Assembly (NCBI GenBank): GCA_024650005.2 | Contig: CP122380.1 | Coordinates: forward strand, 1,920,001 to 1,984,000 | Reading direction: 5' to 3' | Origin: Candidatus Bathyarchaeum tardum | GTDB lineage: Archaea > Thermoproteota > Bathyarchaeia > Bathyarchaeales > Bathyarchaeaceae | Length of the DNA stretch: 64,000 nucleotides | Shown: piece after piece, positions 39,334 to 48,619 of the stretch | Layout of the letters: each line of letters opens with the position of its first letter | Numbering within the stretch: position 1 is the stretch's first letter | The notes under the pieces: generated by a model | What the model saw: the letters and a program-made list of their open reading frames with translations, nothing else | Database searches by the model: none | Told to the model about the DNA's origin: nothing | Made by a program: the position numbers and the translations under genes

Positions 39334-39939
39334 TCAAGAATCTTTGTCAGGGGTTTCTTTTTGTGTCCCTGAAGCTAAAGATTCAAAGTCTGCTTCTCCT
39401 TCAGCGTAACCGGCAGCAATCAAAACGTCACCTGCATGAATTACTGTGTTGGGGCGAGGTCGTAACCACCAGTTTGCTCGTCTAATAACCAAAACCCACA
39501 TGCCTGTTTCTTCTTGTATTTGGGCTTCTCGAATAGTTTTTCCCACGAACGAGGAATCTTCCGAAACAGTTACTTTAGTTACAGTCTCTTCTGCCTCTTC
39601 GATAACAAGGCGCAAAATGGGATGAGGTTCCAGTCCCTTAAGTACAACATCTGCAATTTCCATTGCTGCGTCTGCAATTTGCTCAGTAATAGCGCCTAAC
39701 CGTATTAAGCCCAAGAAGTCTTTTGATTCTTCAGGCGTAAATCCAACAGATAAGACTAATAGCTCAAATTCAGTGTAAAGGTCGTCTATGCGATTTTCTA
39801 GGGCTTCAACTTCTTCAGCTAAGGATTGGCTGTTAAGCAAAAGTGAAGAATAGGCCAGGTCAATCATGAGTTCAGACGTATTCTTCAGGATAACAAGCTT
39901 GTCAACTATTTGCTTTAAATGTTCATCAGTTATTGCCAA
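39334..39939 (-). CDS. PhoU + TrkA-C domain protein
   Basis: LKNTSELMIDLAYS, EQIADAAMEIA and TrkA-C segment GKTI......ETGMWVLVIRR. Confidence 0.88.
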   Translation of the reverse strand: MAITDEHLKQIVDKLVILKNTSELMIDLAYSSLLLNSQSLAEEVEALENRIDDLYTEFELLVLSVGFTPEESKDFLGLIRLGAITEQIADAAMEIADVVLKGLEPHPILRLVIEEAEETVTKVTVSEDSSFVGKTIREAQIQEETGMWVLVIRRANWWLRPRPNTVIHAGDVLIAAGYAEGEADFESLASGTQKETPDKDS

Positions 39940-39952
39940 TTCAGTTCTTTCC

Positions 39953-40561
39953 TTATTCTTCCAACTCGTTTAATTTACCAGAAGCTAAAGCCTTTAAATC
40001 ATCCGTACCATTGGGAGCACCCCTAGAAATCAAAACGTCACCGTCCACGATTTTCTCATCGTCCTCGGGGTCTATTATCCACTCACAATGACGCCGAATG
40101 GCTATTATGTCAACTCCGAGTTTAGCGGCTAATTCTAGCTCGCCAAGGGTTTTGTTAATTAAAATTGAATCCGACTTGACTATTGCTCGTCCTAAGCGTT
40201 CTTCAACTTGCTCAAAGGCTTTGCGCACAATTGGATGAATTCCAATGTTTTTTAGAACAATAGTTGCGATATCTGCTGCAGCGTCCGAAACTTTGTTTGT
40301 AGCTGCAGCTACTGTAGATACAGCTGTTAGGTGTTTTGCATCATCAGCATCTCTGGCTGCAAGCATGATGTTCATGTTTATGATATAATCTAGATAATCT
40401 ACTCTTTTTTCGAGTTCCATTACTTCTTCTGCGAGTTCATCACTGTTAAAAAGGGCTGCAGAATAGGCTAGGTCAATCATTATTTCGGACACATCTTTCA
40501 TTTCTTTAAGTGCGTCACGAACAGAGATAGGCCTGTACTCAATTTTACTAGAATCAGCCAA
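39953..40561 (-). CDS. PhoU + TrkA-C domain protein (paralog)
   Basis: MKDVSEIMIDLAYSA, KVSDAAADIA and LGVDIIAIRR...GDVLISRG motifs. Confidence 0.88.
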   Translation of the reverse strand: MADSSKIEYRPISVRDALKEMKDVSEIMIDLAYSAALFNSDELAEEVMELEKRVDYLDYIINMNIMLAARDADDAKHLTAVSTVAAATNKVSDAAADIATIVLKNIGIHPIVRKAFEQVEERLGRAIVKSDSILINKTLGELELAAKLGVDIIAIRRHCEWIIDPEDDEKIVDGDVLISRGAPNGTDDLKALASGKLNELEE

Positions 40562-40669
40562 GCAGCGAAAACTTCCTTTGATTTGTTATTTTGAAGGCTA
40601 TCAATTTTATGTGTCGTAATAGTATAATTAATTGAATCTTTTAATTCTATCGTAAAAACGCCCGTTAGA

Positions 40670-41950
40670 TTACATTATTAAAACAAGAACAAAACCTGAA
40701 ACTAAAGGCAATAACAAATTATCGTTTAATGGATTTGGAAGTCCTTCAATCAACATACCCACAGCAGCAGCAACCAAAGCCATTACAGGACTTACAAAAA
40801 ACAATGCACCGAAAAAAGCACAAAAGAAACCTGCAATGGTTCCTTCTACACTTTTTCCTTTGTTAGAAGGCAAAGGATGTTTTCCAAACTTCATCCCAAA
40901 CACATGAGCACCCCCATCCCCCAAGGTGAGTACCGCAATAGATGCGTAATTTATCGGTTCAGGAAACACAAAAAGGGCAAGAGCGATTCCAAGAGCAAAA
41001 AATATTGGAGAAGTAGCAAACTCATAGAGTTCAGTTTTGTTTGCTGCTTTCCAAGTTATGAATGAAAGCACAGGAATATTTACGCCTCGTATTCGGGCAA
41101 TTTCGGATAAGGTGTACAAACCAGTAACCAAAACTATCAAAAAGGCAAGTAGAAAGCTTCCAAGAAAATACATTGAAATAAAGGTTAACAGGAAACTACC
41201 AATGTGAATTAATTCCCGGGGACCTTTAGGTTGTGTTTTTTTGGGTTTGGAAATTGATTGTTTTTCCCCCAATATTTGGGGCAAAATTTCTGTTAATGCG
41301 CCCCGTGTGATGAAATCAGATTTTGCAGTTAGTAAAAAATCAGGGTTGTAACCAATACGTAGTTTTGATAGTGAAAACATAGGAAGATTATTACGGTCAT
41401 CGGCTACAACAATACACTCTTCGGGGGTAATTTTTTCAGTTTCGAGAAGTTGCTTTAAAATAACAGCTTTTGCACCTGCTTTTGTCAAGTCATTTTTTAT
41501 TTTTCCGGTCAAAAGTCCGTCTGTTACTTCAAGATCAATTCCATAAGCATGGTCAACCTGAAGGGTTGCCGCAAAATCTTCTACTACTTTGGTTGGAAGT
41601 CCCGAACTAATAAGAGCAGTTTTATAGCCTTTTGAATTCAATTTTTTGAAAACTTCTTCAGTTCCAGGCATGAAGGGCACGTTTTTGGTAAGTTCTAGAA
41701 CTTCGTTTTCTGGAATTCCTTTAAACATTTGAAATATTTTTTCCAAAGCGTATTCTAGAGATAATACTCGGACTTCGTAAAGCAAACCAAGGATAACGAT
41801 TTTAATGAAGGAAAAAATGCCTGTTTTGCGGGATAACTCAAAGACTAAAAAACGGTTTTTTGGTATTATGACACCTTCAACATCAAAAATGACCAAAGGT
41901 TTGTTTTTACGGCTTTGAGGGCGGACAGTCATTTTGGTTTCCTTCTGCAA
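40670..41950 (-). CDS. Fusion of a SerB-like HAD phosphatase domain and a SEC59/dolichol/phytol-kinase-like membrane domain
   Basis: N-terminal FDVEG, PGTEE, ISSG and ADDRNN; C-terminal RELIH, GDGGAH.FG..FGKH, KSVEG and NDNL. Confidence 0.8.
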   Translation of the reverse strand: MQKETKMTVRPQSRKNKPLVIFDVEGVIIPKNRFLVFELSRKTGIFSFIKIVILGLLYEVRVLSLEYALEKIFQMFKGIPENEVLELTKNVPFMPGTEEVFKKLNSKGYKTALISSGLPTKVVEDFAATLQVDHAYGIDLEVTDGLLTGKIKNDLTKAGAKAVILKQLLETEKITPEECIVVADDRNNLPMFSLSKLRIGYNPDFLLTAKSDFITRGALTEILPQILGEKQSISKPKKTQPKGPRELIHIGSFLLTFISMYFLGSFLLAFLIVLVTGLYTLSEIARIRGVNIPVLSFITWKAANKTELYEFATSPIFFALGIALALFVFPEPINYASIAVLTLGDGGAHVFGMKFGKHPLPSNKGKSVEGTIAGFFCAFFGALFFVSPVMALVAAAVGMLIEGLPNPLNDNLLLPLVSGFVLVLIM

Positions 41951-42158
41951 TTAAGATGCTCTACAATGTTGAATAGTTTTCTGAAGAAGCAAAGCATAGA
42001 TATTATGCACTGGAAAAAAATAGTTAATTTTTATCATTTTGAAGTTATGGCAATTAACTAAAAATTTTTTGTCTATCTTATTTTTATTTCCGTTGTCTTT
42101 AAGTACATTATCTCTTTAAGGACGGATGAGTCTAAGAAAACTAGTGGAAGTGTATGTG

Positions 42159-43859
42159 TTGACTAAAATTTTGGTTACTTCTGCATGGCCGTATATCAAT
42201 TATGTTCCACACCTAGGAAACATTGTTAGTTCGATTCTTTCTGCCGACGTTGTTGCTCGTTATTATCGACTAAAAGGAGAAGAGGTCGTTTACGTAACAG
42301 GTTCAGACGAACATGGAACCCCTATCGAAATCGAGGCAGTCCGTCTTAATATTCCTCCAAAACAATTGACTGATAGAAACCACGCCCAAGTATCTGACCT
42401 TTTCAAACGATGGGGAATAGCCTTCAGCAACTATACTCGCACAGAAAACCCTGTTCATAAACAGTTTGTTCATGACTTTTTGTTAAAAATTTATGAGAAC
42501 GGATATATTTTCACCCAAGAAACTGAACAGCTCTACTGTCCAAAATGTGACCGCTTCTTACCTGACAGGTTCGTTGAAGGGACATGTCCACAATGTAAAG
42601 ATACGGGTGCACGAGGAGACCAGTGCGATGCTTGTGGTATCCTTCTTGAGCCTACTAATCTTTTGGAGCCTCGTTGCGCAATCTGTAATGAGACCCCGGT
42701 TGTTCAAACAAGAAAGCACTGGTATTTTGATTTGCCAAAGTTGAGTGAAAAACTTCAAGATTACATTGAGGGCAACCAGAATTTGCCAGATAATGCTCGA
42801 AACTTTACTTTGAATCTTTTGAAAAGCGGACTAAAGCCTCGACCAGTTACCCGAGATAACAAATGGGGAATTGCTTCACCATTTCCGGGTTCTAAAGGTA
42901 AAACAATCTATGTGTGGGTTGAAGCGGTTTTGGGTTATTTGTCTGCTACTATTCAATACTTCAAGAATCTGGGACAGGAAGAAAAATGGAAAGAATACTG
43001 GTTTGACAAACAAACCAAAACAATTTACTTCATTGGAAAAGACAACATCCCGTTCCACACAGTTATTTTGCCTGCTTTGTTGCTTGCCACTCATGAATCA
43101 TATAATCTGCCTTGGACGGTTCATTCCACAGAGTTTTTGATGTTTGACGGTCAAGCCTTTTCTAAAAGCCGCAGAATCGGAGTTTGGATTGATGAAGCTT
43201 TGGAACTGTTTCCTGCAGATTACTGGAGATACTCCTTGCTGGCCATACGTCCCGAAGTAAAAGACACAAACTTTTCGTGGACAACTCTTATCGAAAAAGT
43301 GAACTCAGACCTAAACGACACCTTCGGGAACTTTGTTCACAGAACATTAACGTTCATAAACAAACGATTCGATGCCACAATTCCAGAGCCAAATAATCTT
43401 GATGAAAAAGACAAAGCAGCCCTGAATGAAGCAAAGGATATAATTAGAACCATTGCAGATCGGTTGGAAACTTTCAAACTTCAAGAGGCCCTGCGTCAGG
43501 CAATTAGTCTTGCTCATTTAGGAAACAGATACTTTAATGATAAAGAGCCTTGGAAGACCATCAAAACAGAGCCCCAACAAGCTTGCAATACAATGTATGT
43601 TGCTGTTCAAATCGTGAAACAGTTGGCGATAATTATGGCACCCTTTATTCCCTTTACTTCACAGAAAATATGGCAGTTGCTTAATTTAGATGGCTCAGTA
43701 CATGAACAAAACTGGAACCAAGCAGAACAAAAACTGCCTGCAGGTCACAAGATAAGCAACCCTACATTGTTGTTCAGCAAAATTGAAGAAAACGAAGAAG
43801 AGCTTCAAGCCAGAGTAGAGCAAGTAAGAGCCAAACTAAAAAAATCAAAAACACAATAG
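42159..43859 (+). CDS. metG: Methionine--tRNA ligase (no C-terminal tRNA-binding appendix)
   Basis: TSAWPYIN..PHLGN, GSDEHGTP, zinc knuckles, YVWVEA, IGKDNIPFH and FSKS motifs. Confidence 0.96.
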   Translation: MTKILVTSAWPYINYVPHLGNIVSSILSADVVARYYRLKGEEVVYVTGSDEHGTPIEIEAVRLNIPPKQLTDRNHAQVSDLFKRWGIAFSNYTRTENPVHKQFVHDFLLKIYENGYIFTQETEQLYCPKCDRFLPDRFVEGTCPQCKDTGARGDQCDACGILLEPTNLLEPRCAICNETPVVQTRKHWYFDLPKLSEKLQDYIEGNQNLPDNARNFTLNLLKSGLKPRPVTRDNKWGIASPFPGSKGKTIYVWVEAVLGYLSATIQYFKNLGQEEKWKEYWFDKQTKTIYFIGKDNIPFHTVILPALLLATHESYNLPWTVHSTEFLMFDGQAFSKSRRIGVWIDEALELFPADYWRYSLLAIRPEVKDTNFSWTTLIEKVNSDLNDTFGNFVHRTLTFINKRFDATIPEPNNLDEKDKAALNEAKDIIRTIADRLETFKLQEALRQAISLAHLGNRYFNDKEPWKTIKTEPQQACNTMYVAVQIVKQLAIIMAPFIPFTSQKIWQLLNLDGSVHEQNWNQAEQKLPAGHKISNPTLLFSKIEENEEELQARVEQVRAKLKKSKTQ

Positions 43860-43881
43860 AACCATCAACGAAGGGAAATCT

Positions 43882-44517
43882 TTGGGATTAAAAATCGATT
43901 TTCACGTTCATACATGTTATTCCAAAGATTCATCTATAACCCTTGAGCAGGTTGTTTCCTTCGCGAAAAAACGTGGACTAGACGGGGTTGCAATAACAGA
44001 CCATAACAGTGTTGAAGGAGCACTTAAACTAAAAACTAAAGAAATTATTGTTATCCCCGGAATAGAGGTCTCCACATTACAAGGACATCTTCTGGGGATT
44101 AACCTGACAACACCAATTCCAGCAAAATTAAGCATGGAAGAAACAATACAACAGATTCACGAAGCTGGAGGAATAGCAGTGGCTGCTCATCCTACTGCGT
44201 TTTACAAATCTCCTGCAACAAGAAAGGTGACAAGCTATGATGCAGTTGAAGTCATGAACGCTGCCTCTATTCCATTTTCTGTTTTGACTCATTACAGCAG
44301 AAAATTTGCAGAACAACTGAATCTTCCCCAAACTGGAGGAAGCGATTCGCATTATGCCCCAGAAATTGGTTCAGCATACACAGTTGTTGACGCAGATCCC
44401 AACATTGACGAAATTGCAAAGGCAGTAATTCGCGGAGCCACATCTCCGAGGGGAAAAGGGATACCGTTCAAAATTAGGGTAAAAAGGTCAATTTCAAAAT
44501 TCAAAAGAAAAATGTAG
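43882..44517 (+). CDS. PHP-domain metallohydrolase
   Basis: DFHVHT.YS.D, AITDHN, GIEVST..GH, AAHP and GGSDSH motifs. Confidence 0.9.
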   Translation: MGLKIDFHVHTCYSKDSSITLEQVVSFAKKRGLDGVAITDHNSVEGALKLKTKEIIVIPGIEVSTLQGHLLGINLTTPIPAKLSMEETIQQIHEAGGIAVAAHPTAFYKSPATRKVTSYDAVEVMNAASIPFSVLTHYSRKFAEQLNLPQTGGSDSHYAPEIGSAYTVVDADPNIDEIAKAVIRGATSPRGKGIPFKIRVKRSISKFKRKM

Positions 44518-44530
44518 GAAATAGAAGAGT

Positions 44531-44722
44531 TTATTCTTCTAATTCTTCGATTTGGTCTAGACCAAAATCAACATAAACAATTGGTCCAGCGTCAGAGAAG
44601 CACTCAATGTTAGTTAGGTCTAGTTTGGGAAATGAAGGACAGATATCTAATGATTCCATTGCCATTTTAGTGAGATCGCTTGGGCGTTCAAGTTTTTCGA
44701 GTTTTTCTAGGTTTCTAACCAT
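44531..44722 (-). CDS. Small acidic hypothetical protein coupled to the RHH gene
   Basis: 63 aa; its ATG overlaps the end of the upstream RHH gene (ATGGTTAG). Confidence 0.55.
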   Translation of the reverse strand: MVRNLEKLEKLERPSDLTKMAMESLDICPSFPKLDLTNIECFSDAGPIVYVDFGLDQIEELEE

Positions 44723-44870
44723 TTCGGCTACGCCCCCATGCTTCTATGCTGAGCAAGTCTCTGACAGCTGTGCGTATTGCTTCAGCACGGTTAGGGTAAT
44801 ACTTTTCATCGACTAAGTTGTCTAAGGCTTGGATGTACGGTTCAGGTAAGTGTAGTGTAATTAGTTTCAT
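44715..44870 (-). CDS. Ribbon-helix-helix (CopG/CdrS-like) regulator (51 aa, not in the ORF track)
   Basis: MKLITLHLPEPYIQALDNLVDEKYYPNRAEAIRTAVRDLL matches the archaeal CdrS-type pattern ..T..LP......LD.LV....YPNR.EAIR.AVRDLL. Confidence 0.88.
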   Translation of the reverse strand: MKLITLHLPEPYIQALDNLVDEKYYPNRAEAIRTAVRDLLSIEAWGRSRNG

Positions 44871-45127
44871 TTTTTATTCTCTCCACTGTGACAATTATTT
44901 ATGCAGACAGTGGCTGGGACTTATATGTCTTAATGTTAAGATAAAAATATGATACAAACATGAATAGACATCAACTTATAAGATTTTGCATCATTCAGTT
45001 TTGTTTTCATATTACCAACGTGTTAAAAAGCCAATTCAGAAAACCATTAGGTTTTTGGCAATAGGTAAAACCGTATAACTCATATTACTCATTCTGTAAC
45101 GGTTTGATGTAACACGAGCTGAAAGTA

Positions 45128-46414
45128 ATGGGCAAAGAGTCTAAAATGGTTTACATCAAGAGTTTTGGGTGCTCAGCAAATCTTGCAGACGGAGAAGTCA
45201 TAGCAGGATGTCTTTCAGAGGCAGGATTTAGACTAGTTGAGAACATTGCTGACGCAGATTTTGTAGTTTATAACACGTGTGCCGTTAAGTCTCCAACTGA
45301 AAATCGGATTATAAACATGCTAAAAAAAGTTCCAAAAAACAAGAAGTTGATTGTTACTGGTTGTTTGCCAGTGATAAATTTTGAACGCATAGAGTCAGAG
45401 ATCAAATTTGATGCCATAACAGGTCCAGCTCCAGGAGAAAAAATTGTTGATGTGTTAGAGAGAGTAAAATCTGGAGAAAAAGTAGTTTCAGTAGATAACA
45501 ATTCAGAGTCAGGTTTAGAACTCCCAAGGGTTGCCGTAAATCCTGTTGTTAGCGTAATTCCAATTAATTACGGTTGTCTGGGCAATTGTTCATATTGTTG
45601 TGTTCATTTCGCTAGAGGTCAACTAAGGAGCAACTCTGTTGAGGGCATTGTCAATAGAGTGAATCAAGATTTGTGTTCAGGGGCGAAGGAGTTTTGGTTA
45701 ACATCTCAAGATACTGCATGTTACGGAAATGACAAAAAAACAAATCTTGCAAATTTACTCAAAAAAATAGGAGATATAGAAGGAAATTTTTTGGTCCGAG
45801 TAGGGATGATGAATCCAGATCATGTTTTGGGAATGCTTGACGAACTTGTTGAAGCATATGATTGTGATAAAATTTTCAAGTTCTTGCATTTGCCAGTTCA
45901 GAGCGGGGACGATAAAGTTCTTGGTTTAATGAATCGAAGATACACTGTTAATGAGTTTCAAACTGTTGTAGAAACATTTCGAAAAAAGTTTCCACAGTTA
46001 ACCCTTGCAACGGATGTCATCTGTGGTTTTCCAGGCGAAACAAAAGAAGCTTTTGAAAACACAAAACTCTTGATAACTAAGATTAGCCCTGATGTGGTGA
46101 ATGTTTCCAAGTTTTTTGCACGTCCTCACACTCCGGCAGAAAAAATGCATCCTATTGCACCAGAAGAGGTTAATCGCCGAAGCAAACAAATGTCATTACT
46201 TGCTAGGCATGTTTCGTTTGATCAAAACAAGAATTGGAAAGGCTGGACAGGAAAAGTTTTGATTAATGAAAAAGGAAAAAATGACTCTTGGATAAGCCGC
46301 AATTTTGCGTACAAACCCATTGTGATAAAATCAGTTGAAAACATGCTAGGAAAATTTGTTCAGGTTAAGGTTGTGAAGGCATTTTCTACATATCTTGAAG
46401 CTGAAATAACTTAA
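45128..46414 (+). CDS. tRNA t6A37 methylthiotransferase (archaeal MtaB/CDKAL1 type)
   Basis: SFGCSAN, NTCAVK, VTGC, GCLGNCSYC, HLPVQSG, ICGFPGET and C-terminal TRAM domain. Confidence 0.92.
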   Translation: MGKESKMVYIKSFGCSANLADGEVIAGCLSEAGFRLVENIADADFVVYNTCAVKSPTENRIINMLKKVPKNKKLIVTGCLPVINFERIESEIKFDAITGPAPGEKIVDVLERVKSGEKVVSVDNNSESGLELPRVAVNPVVSVIPINYGCLGNCSYCCVHFARGQLRSNSVEGIVNRVNQDLCSGAKEFWLTSQDTACYGNDKKTNLANLLKKIGDIEGNFLVRVGMMNPDHVLGMLDELVEAYDCDKIFKFLHLPVQSGDDKVLGLMNRRYTVNEFQTVVETFRKKFPQLTLATDVICGFPGETKEAFENTKLLITKISPDVVNVSKFFARPHTPAEKMHPIAPEEVNRRSKQMSLLARHVSFDQNKNWKGWTGKVLINEKGKNDSWISRNFAYKPIVIKSVENMLGKFVQVKVVKAFSTYLEAEIT

Positions 46415-46535
46415 GAATAACAGGGTTTTCAGTTATTTTTCACGTTATTAGGGACGTGTTCTGGAGTTTACTCGATTAAACTTAAATAGCGCCACAAATT
46501 CTCAGAATAGCGTCATCATGTAATTTGTTGACAGA

Positions 46536-46612
46536 GCCGCCGTAGCTCAGTTCGGTAGAGCAACGGGCTGTTAACTCGTAGGTCGAAGGTTCGAGCCCTT
46601 CCGGCGGCGCCA
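46536..46612 (+). tRNA. tRNA-Asn(GTT)
   Basis: GCCGCCG...ACGGG-CTGTTAA-CTCGT...GAAGGTTCGAGCCCTTC-CGGCGGC-GCCA. Confidence 0.96.
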
Positions 46613-46649
46613 AAAGTCTTGTTATATAAGAAATCACGTTAAACGCGTT

Positions 46650-46790
46650 TTAGATTATCTTCCGCGGTCCAGAGTCTTTTTTTTGCTTTAACTCCAACAA
46701 AGATGGCAGCAGCACAAAAAAAATGAACGCCACTACTAAAACAATCAAAAAAATAAGAAAATATTCAGTGGAACTCAGATTTAGAAACAA
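46650..46790 (-). CDS. Single-TM microprotein (46 aa, not in the ORF track)
   Basis: GGGTGA SD then TTG; MFLNLSSTEYFLIFLIVLVVAFIFFVLLPSLLELKQKKDSGPRKII. Confidence 0.6.
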   Translation of the reverse strand: MFLNLSSTEYFLIFLIVLVVAFIFFVLLPSLLELKQKKDSGPRKII

Positions 46791-46910
46791 TTCACCCTTT
46801 TAATCAATTATTTGTAAATATAATACTTTCTAAATCAAACTTCAATGTTTACGTATATTCATCCGTATTTGGGATAGAAACTCATATGTTTCATGATATT
46901 TATAACGTAA

Positions 46911-47825
46911 ATGGGGCACAATGTGAGAAGATTTGTGTTAAGCTCTGTCCTACCAATTATGATGTGTTTATTGCTTGTGCTTGATTTTTGCGGGCAAACT
47001 AATGCCCAATCAGAACACACAATAGAAATACGAGGGAATACGTGGTCAGACACAACATTCAGAGTGGCCATAATTCCGCAGGAAAACCAATCATGGTGGG
47101 AACCCACGTACCTTGATGCTGCTCTTCACGGGGTCGCCCAGTGGAATGATGCAATTAAAGATTTTTCATCCCAATATCCAGAATTTGGATATTTGTCTAG
47201 AATCACTTTGATTCCAATAGTAACAACTGAAGCAGTTTCAGGGTTTGACATATACATCGGGTGGATTGCTGAATGTGAAATGGAATCAACAATTGGGCAA
47301 ACAAGACTTCTTGCTAATAAGCCATGCACCATAATTAACAGCACGGTTTGCCTTGCAGCAAAAGCACCTAGCGGTCATGTTATGACAGAGATCGACATGC
47401 AAAACATTGTTGTTCATGAATTAGGGCACACTTTTGGTCTAGGTCACTGCAGTTATTCTGAAGATGCCATGTACGCTGTTGTCCAATATCGTGAAACTGT
47501 TAAACCGCTTTCAACCCTTGATTTATATGCTGTTTCTCAAATTTTTGTCTGGATGAACGTCTCCGCACAGTTTAGTTCCTCAAGCCAGTGCCCCGAACAG
47601 TCTACGTTGAGTTTGCCGTCAAACATCGCTTACAGTAATTTTCAAATTGCAGAAGAAAACCTTCCTACATATTATCCCAAAGGTTTCATTGAAAAAGCGT
47701 TGGAACTATTTTTGCGTCCAGAAATTTTGATTGTATTGACAATTGGAGTTATGTTGTTATTGGGTGCAACAGTATTGAGCAAAAAACAAGAAAGTAATCA
47801 TTCAGCTAATGATCAAAAATTATAA
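46911..47825 (+). CDS. Secreted matrixin/metzincin zinc metallopeptidase with C-terminal TM anchor
   Basis: HELGHTFGLGH plus Met-turn (DAMY), signal peptide and C-terminal hydrophobic helix. Confidence 0.88.
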   Translation: MGHNVRRFVLSSVLPIMMCLLLVLDFCGQTNAQSEHTIEIRGNTWSDTTFRVAIIPQENQSWWEPTYLDAALHGVAQWNDAIKDFSSQYPEFGYLSRITLIPIVTTEAVSGFDIYIGWIAECEMESTIGQTRLLANKPCTIINSTVCLAAKAPSGHVMTEIDMQNIVVHELGHTFGLGHCSYSEDAMYAVVQYRETVKPLSTLDLYAVSQIFVWMNVSAQFSSSSQCPEQSTLSLPSNIAYSNFQIAEENLPTYYPKGFIEKALELFLRPEILIVLTIGVMLLLGATVLSKKQESNHSANDQKL

Positions 47826-48044
47826 TTTTGAATGATTAAATAGGTGATGTTTTGAGATTCGACGTTAATTATTGTTGCTAATTTGTTTGTTTTATGATTG
47901 AAAAAGGCAGATTATTGTATGTTTTTACTGCAAAGCAAAAACCTTTAAATATCTGATGTGTTAAGATATCTTATACATATGTCCTGAAACAGACATATTG
48001 TATGGATGTAGAACAAAACTACACAAAAAATGGAAGGATAAAAA

Positions 48045-48416
48045 ATGTTGGAAATATTAATGGCAGGCTCCTTTGCGACGTTAGGAGCATACAGCATATG
48101 GTATTTTTTCAAAGCACAAACATATCACCCATTAAACCTAGATGAACTTGCACTAATGTGGAAAACCCACAAACACAACTCAGGTTGTAACGCATCAAAC
48201 ATTGAAACATTACTACTAAAAAACAACCAAGTAGTCGGCTACAAATGCAGTTGTGGCACAAAATATTATCAAAAACGTCTGATAACTCAAAGAGTCCACA
48301 AATTCACCAAAGACAAACTAATGCCAAAGGTTTCAAGCAGATTCACCAGCATTACTGATTTAACAAACTCCATGAATCAAATTGGCCTAACCGTTTCAAA
48401 CATTAAACAAATTTAA
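48045..48416 (+). CDS. Membrane-anchored hypothetical protein with possible zinc ligands
   Basis: N-terminal TM helix; WKTHKHNSGC and GYKCSCG motifs. Confidence 0.7.
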   Translation: MLEILMAGSFATLGAYSIWYFFKAQTYHPLNLDELALMWKTHKHNSGCNASNIETLLLKNNQVVGYKCSCGTKYYQKRLITQRVHKFTKDKLMPKVSSRFTSITDLTNSMNQIGLTVSNIKQI

Positions 48417-48569
48417 AGTAAAAAACGAAAAGGACCCAATGGAAGTGCAACTGGAAAAAATATCCAAAATTTCACAATCGGAAAACAATGTAAAACACAA
48501 TTTTCCGAATCATGGGAACACCTCCATTTGTCATCTCCTTTTCTAAGTAGCATCGGATAGGAGACGCCG

Positions 48570-48606
48570 CCAACTGGGCGGGCAGTTTTACTGCTCGTCC
48601 AGTTGG
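48570..48606 (+). other. GC-rich 17-bp hairpin, fully paired on the + strand through two G-U pairs
   Basis: CCAACTGGGCGGGCAGT-TTT-ACTGCTCGTCCAGTTGG. Confidence 0.7.
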
Positions 48607-48619
48607 TCAAAATTTTTTA

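Noticed and set aside
48413-48610. 65-aa ORF from the track as a real protein
   Set aside because: Its 5' half runs through a strong hairpin and it has no SD. The internal SD-led micro-ORFs explain the region better.
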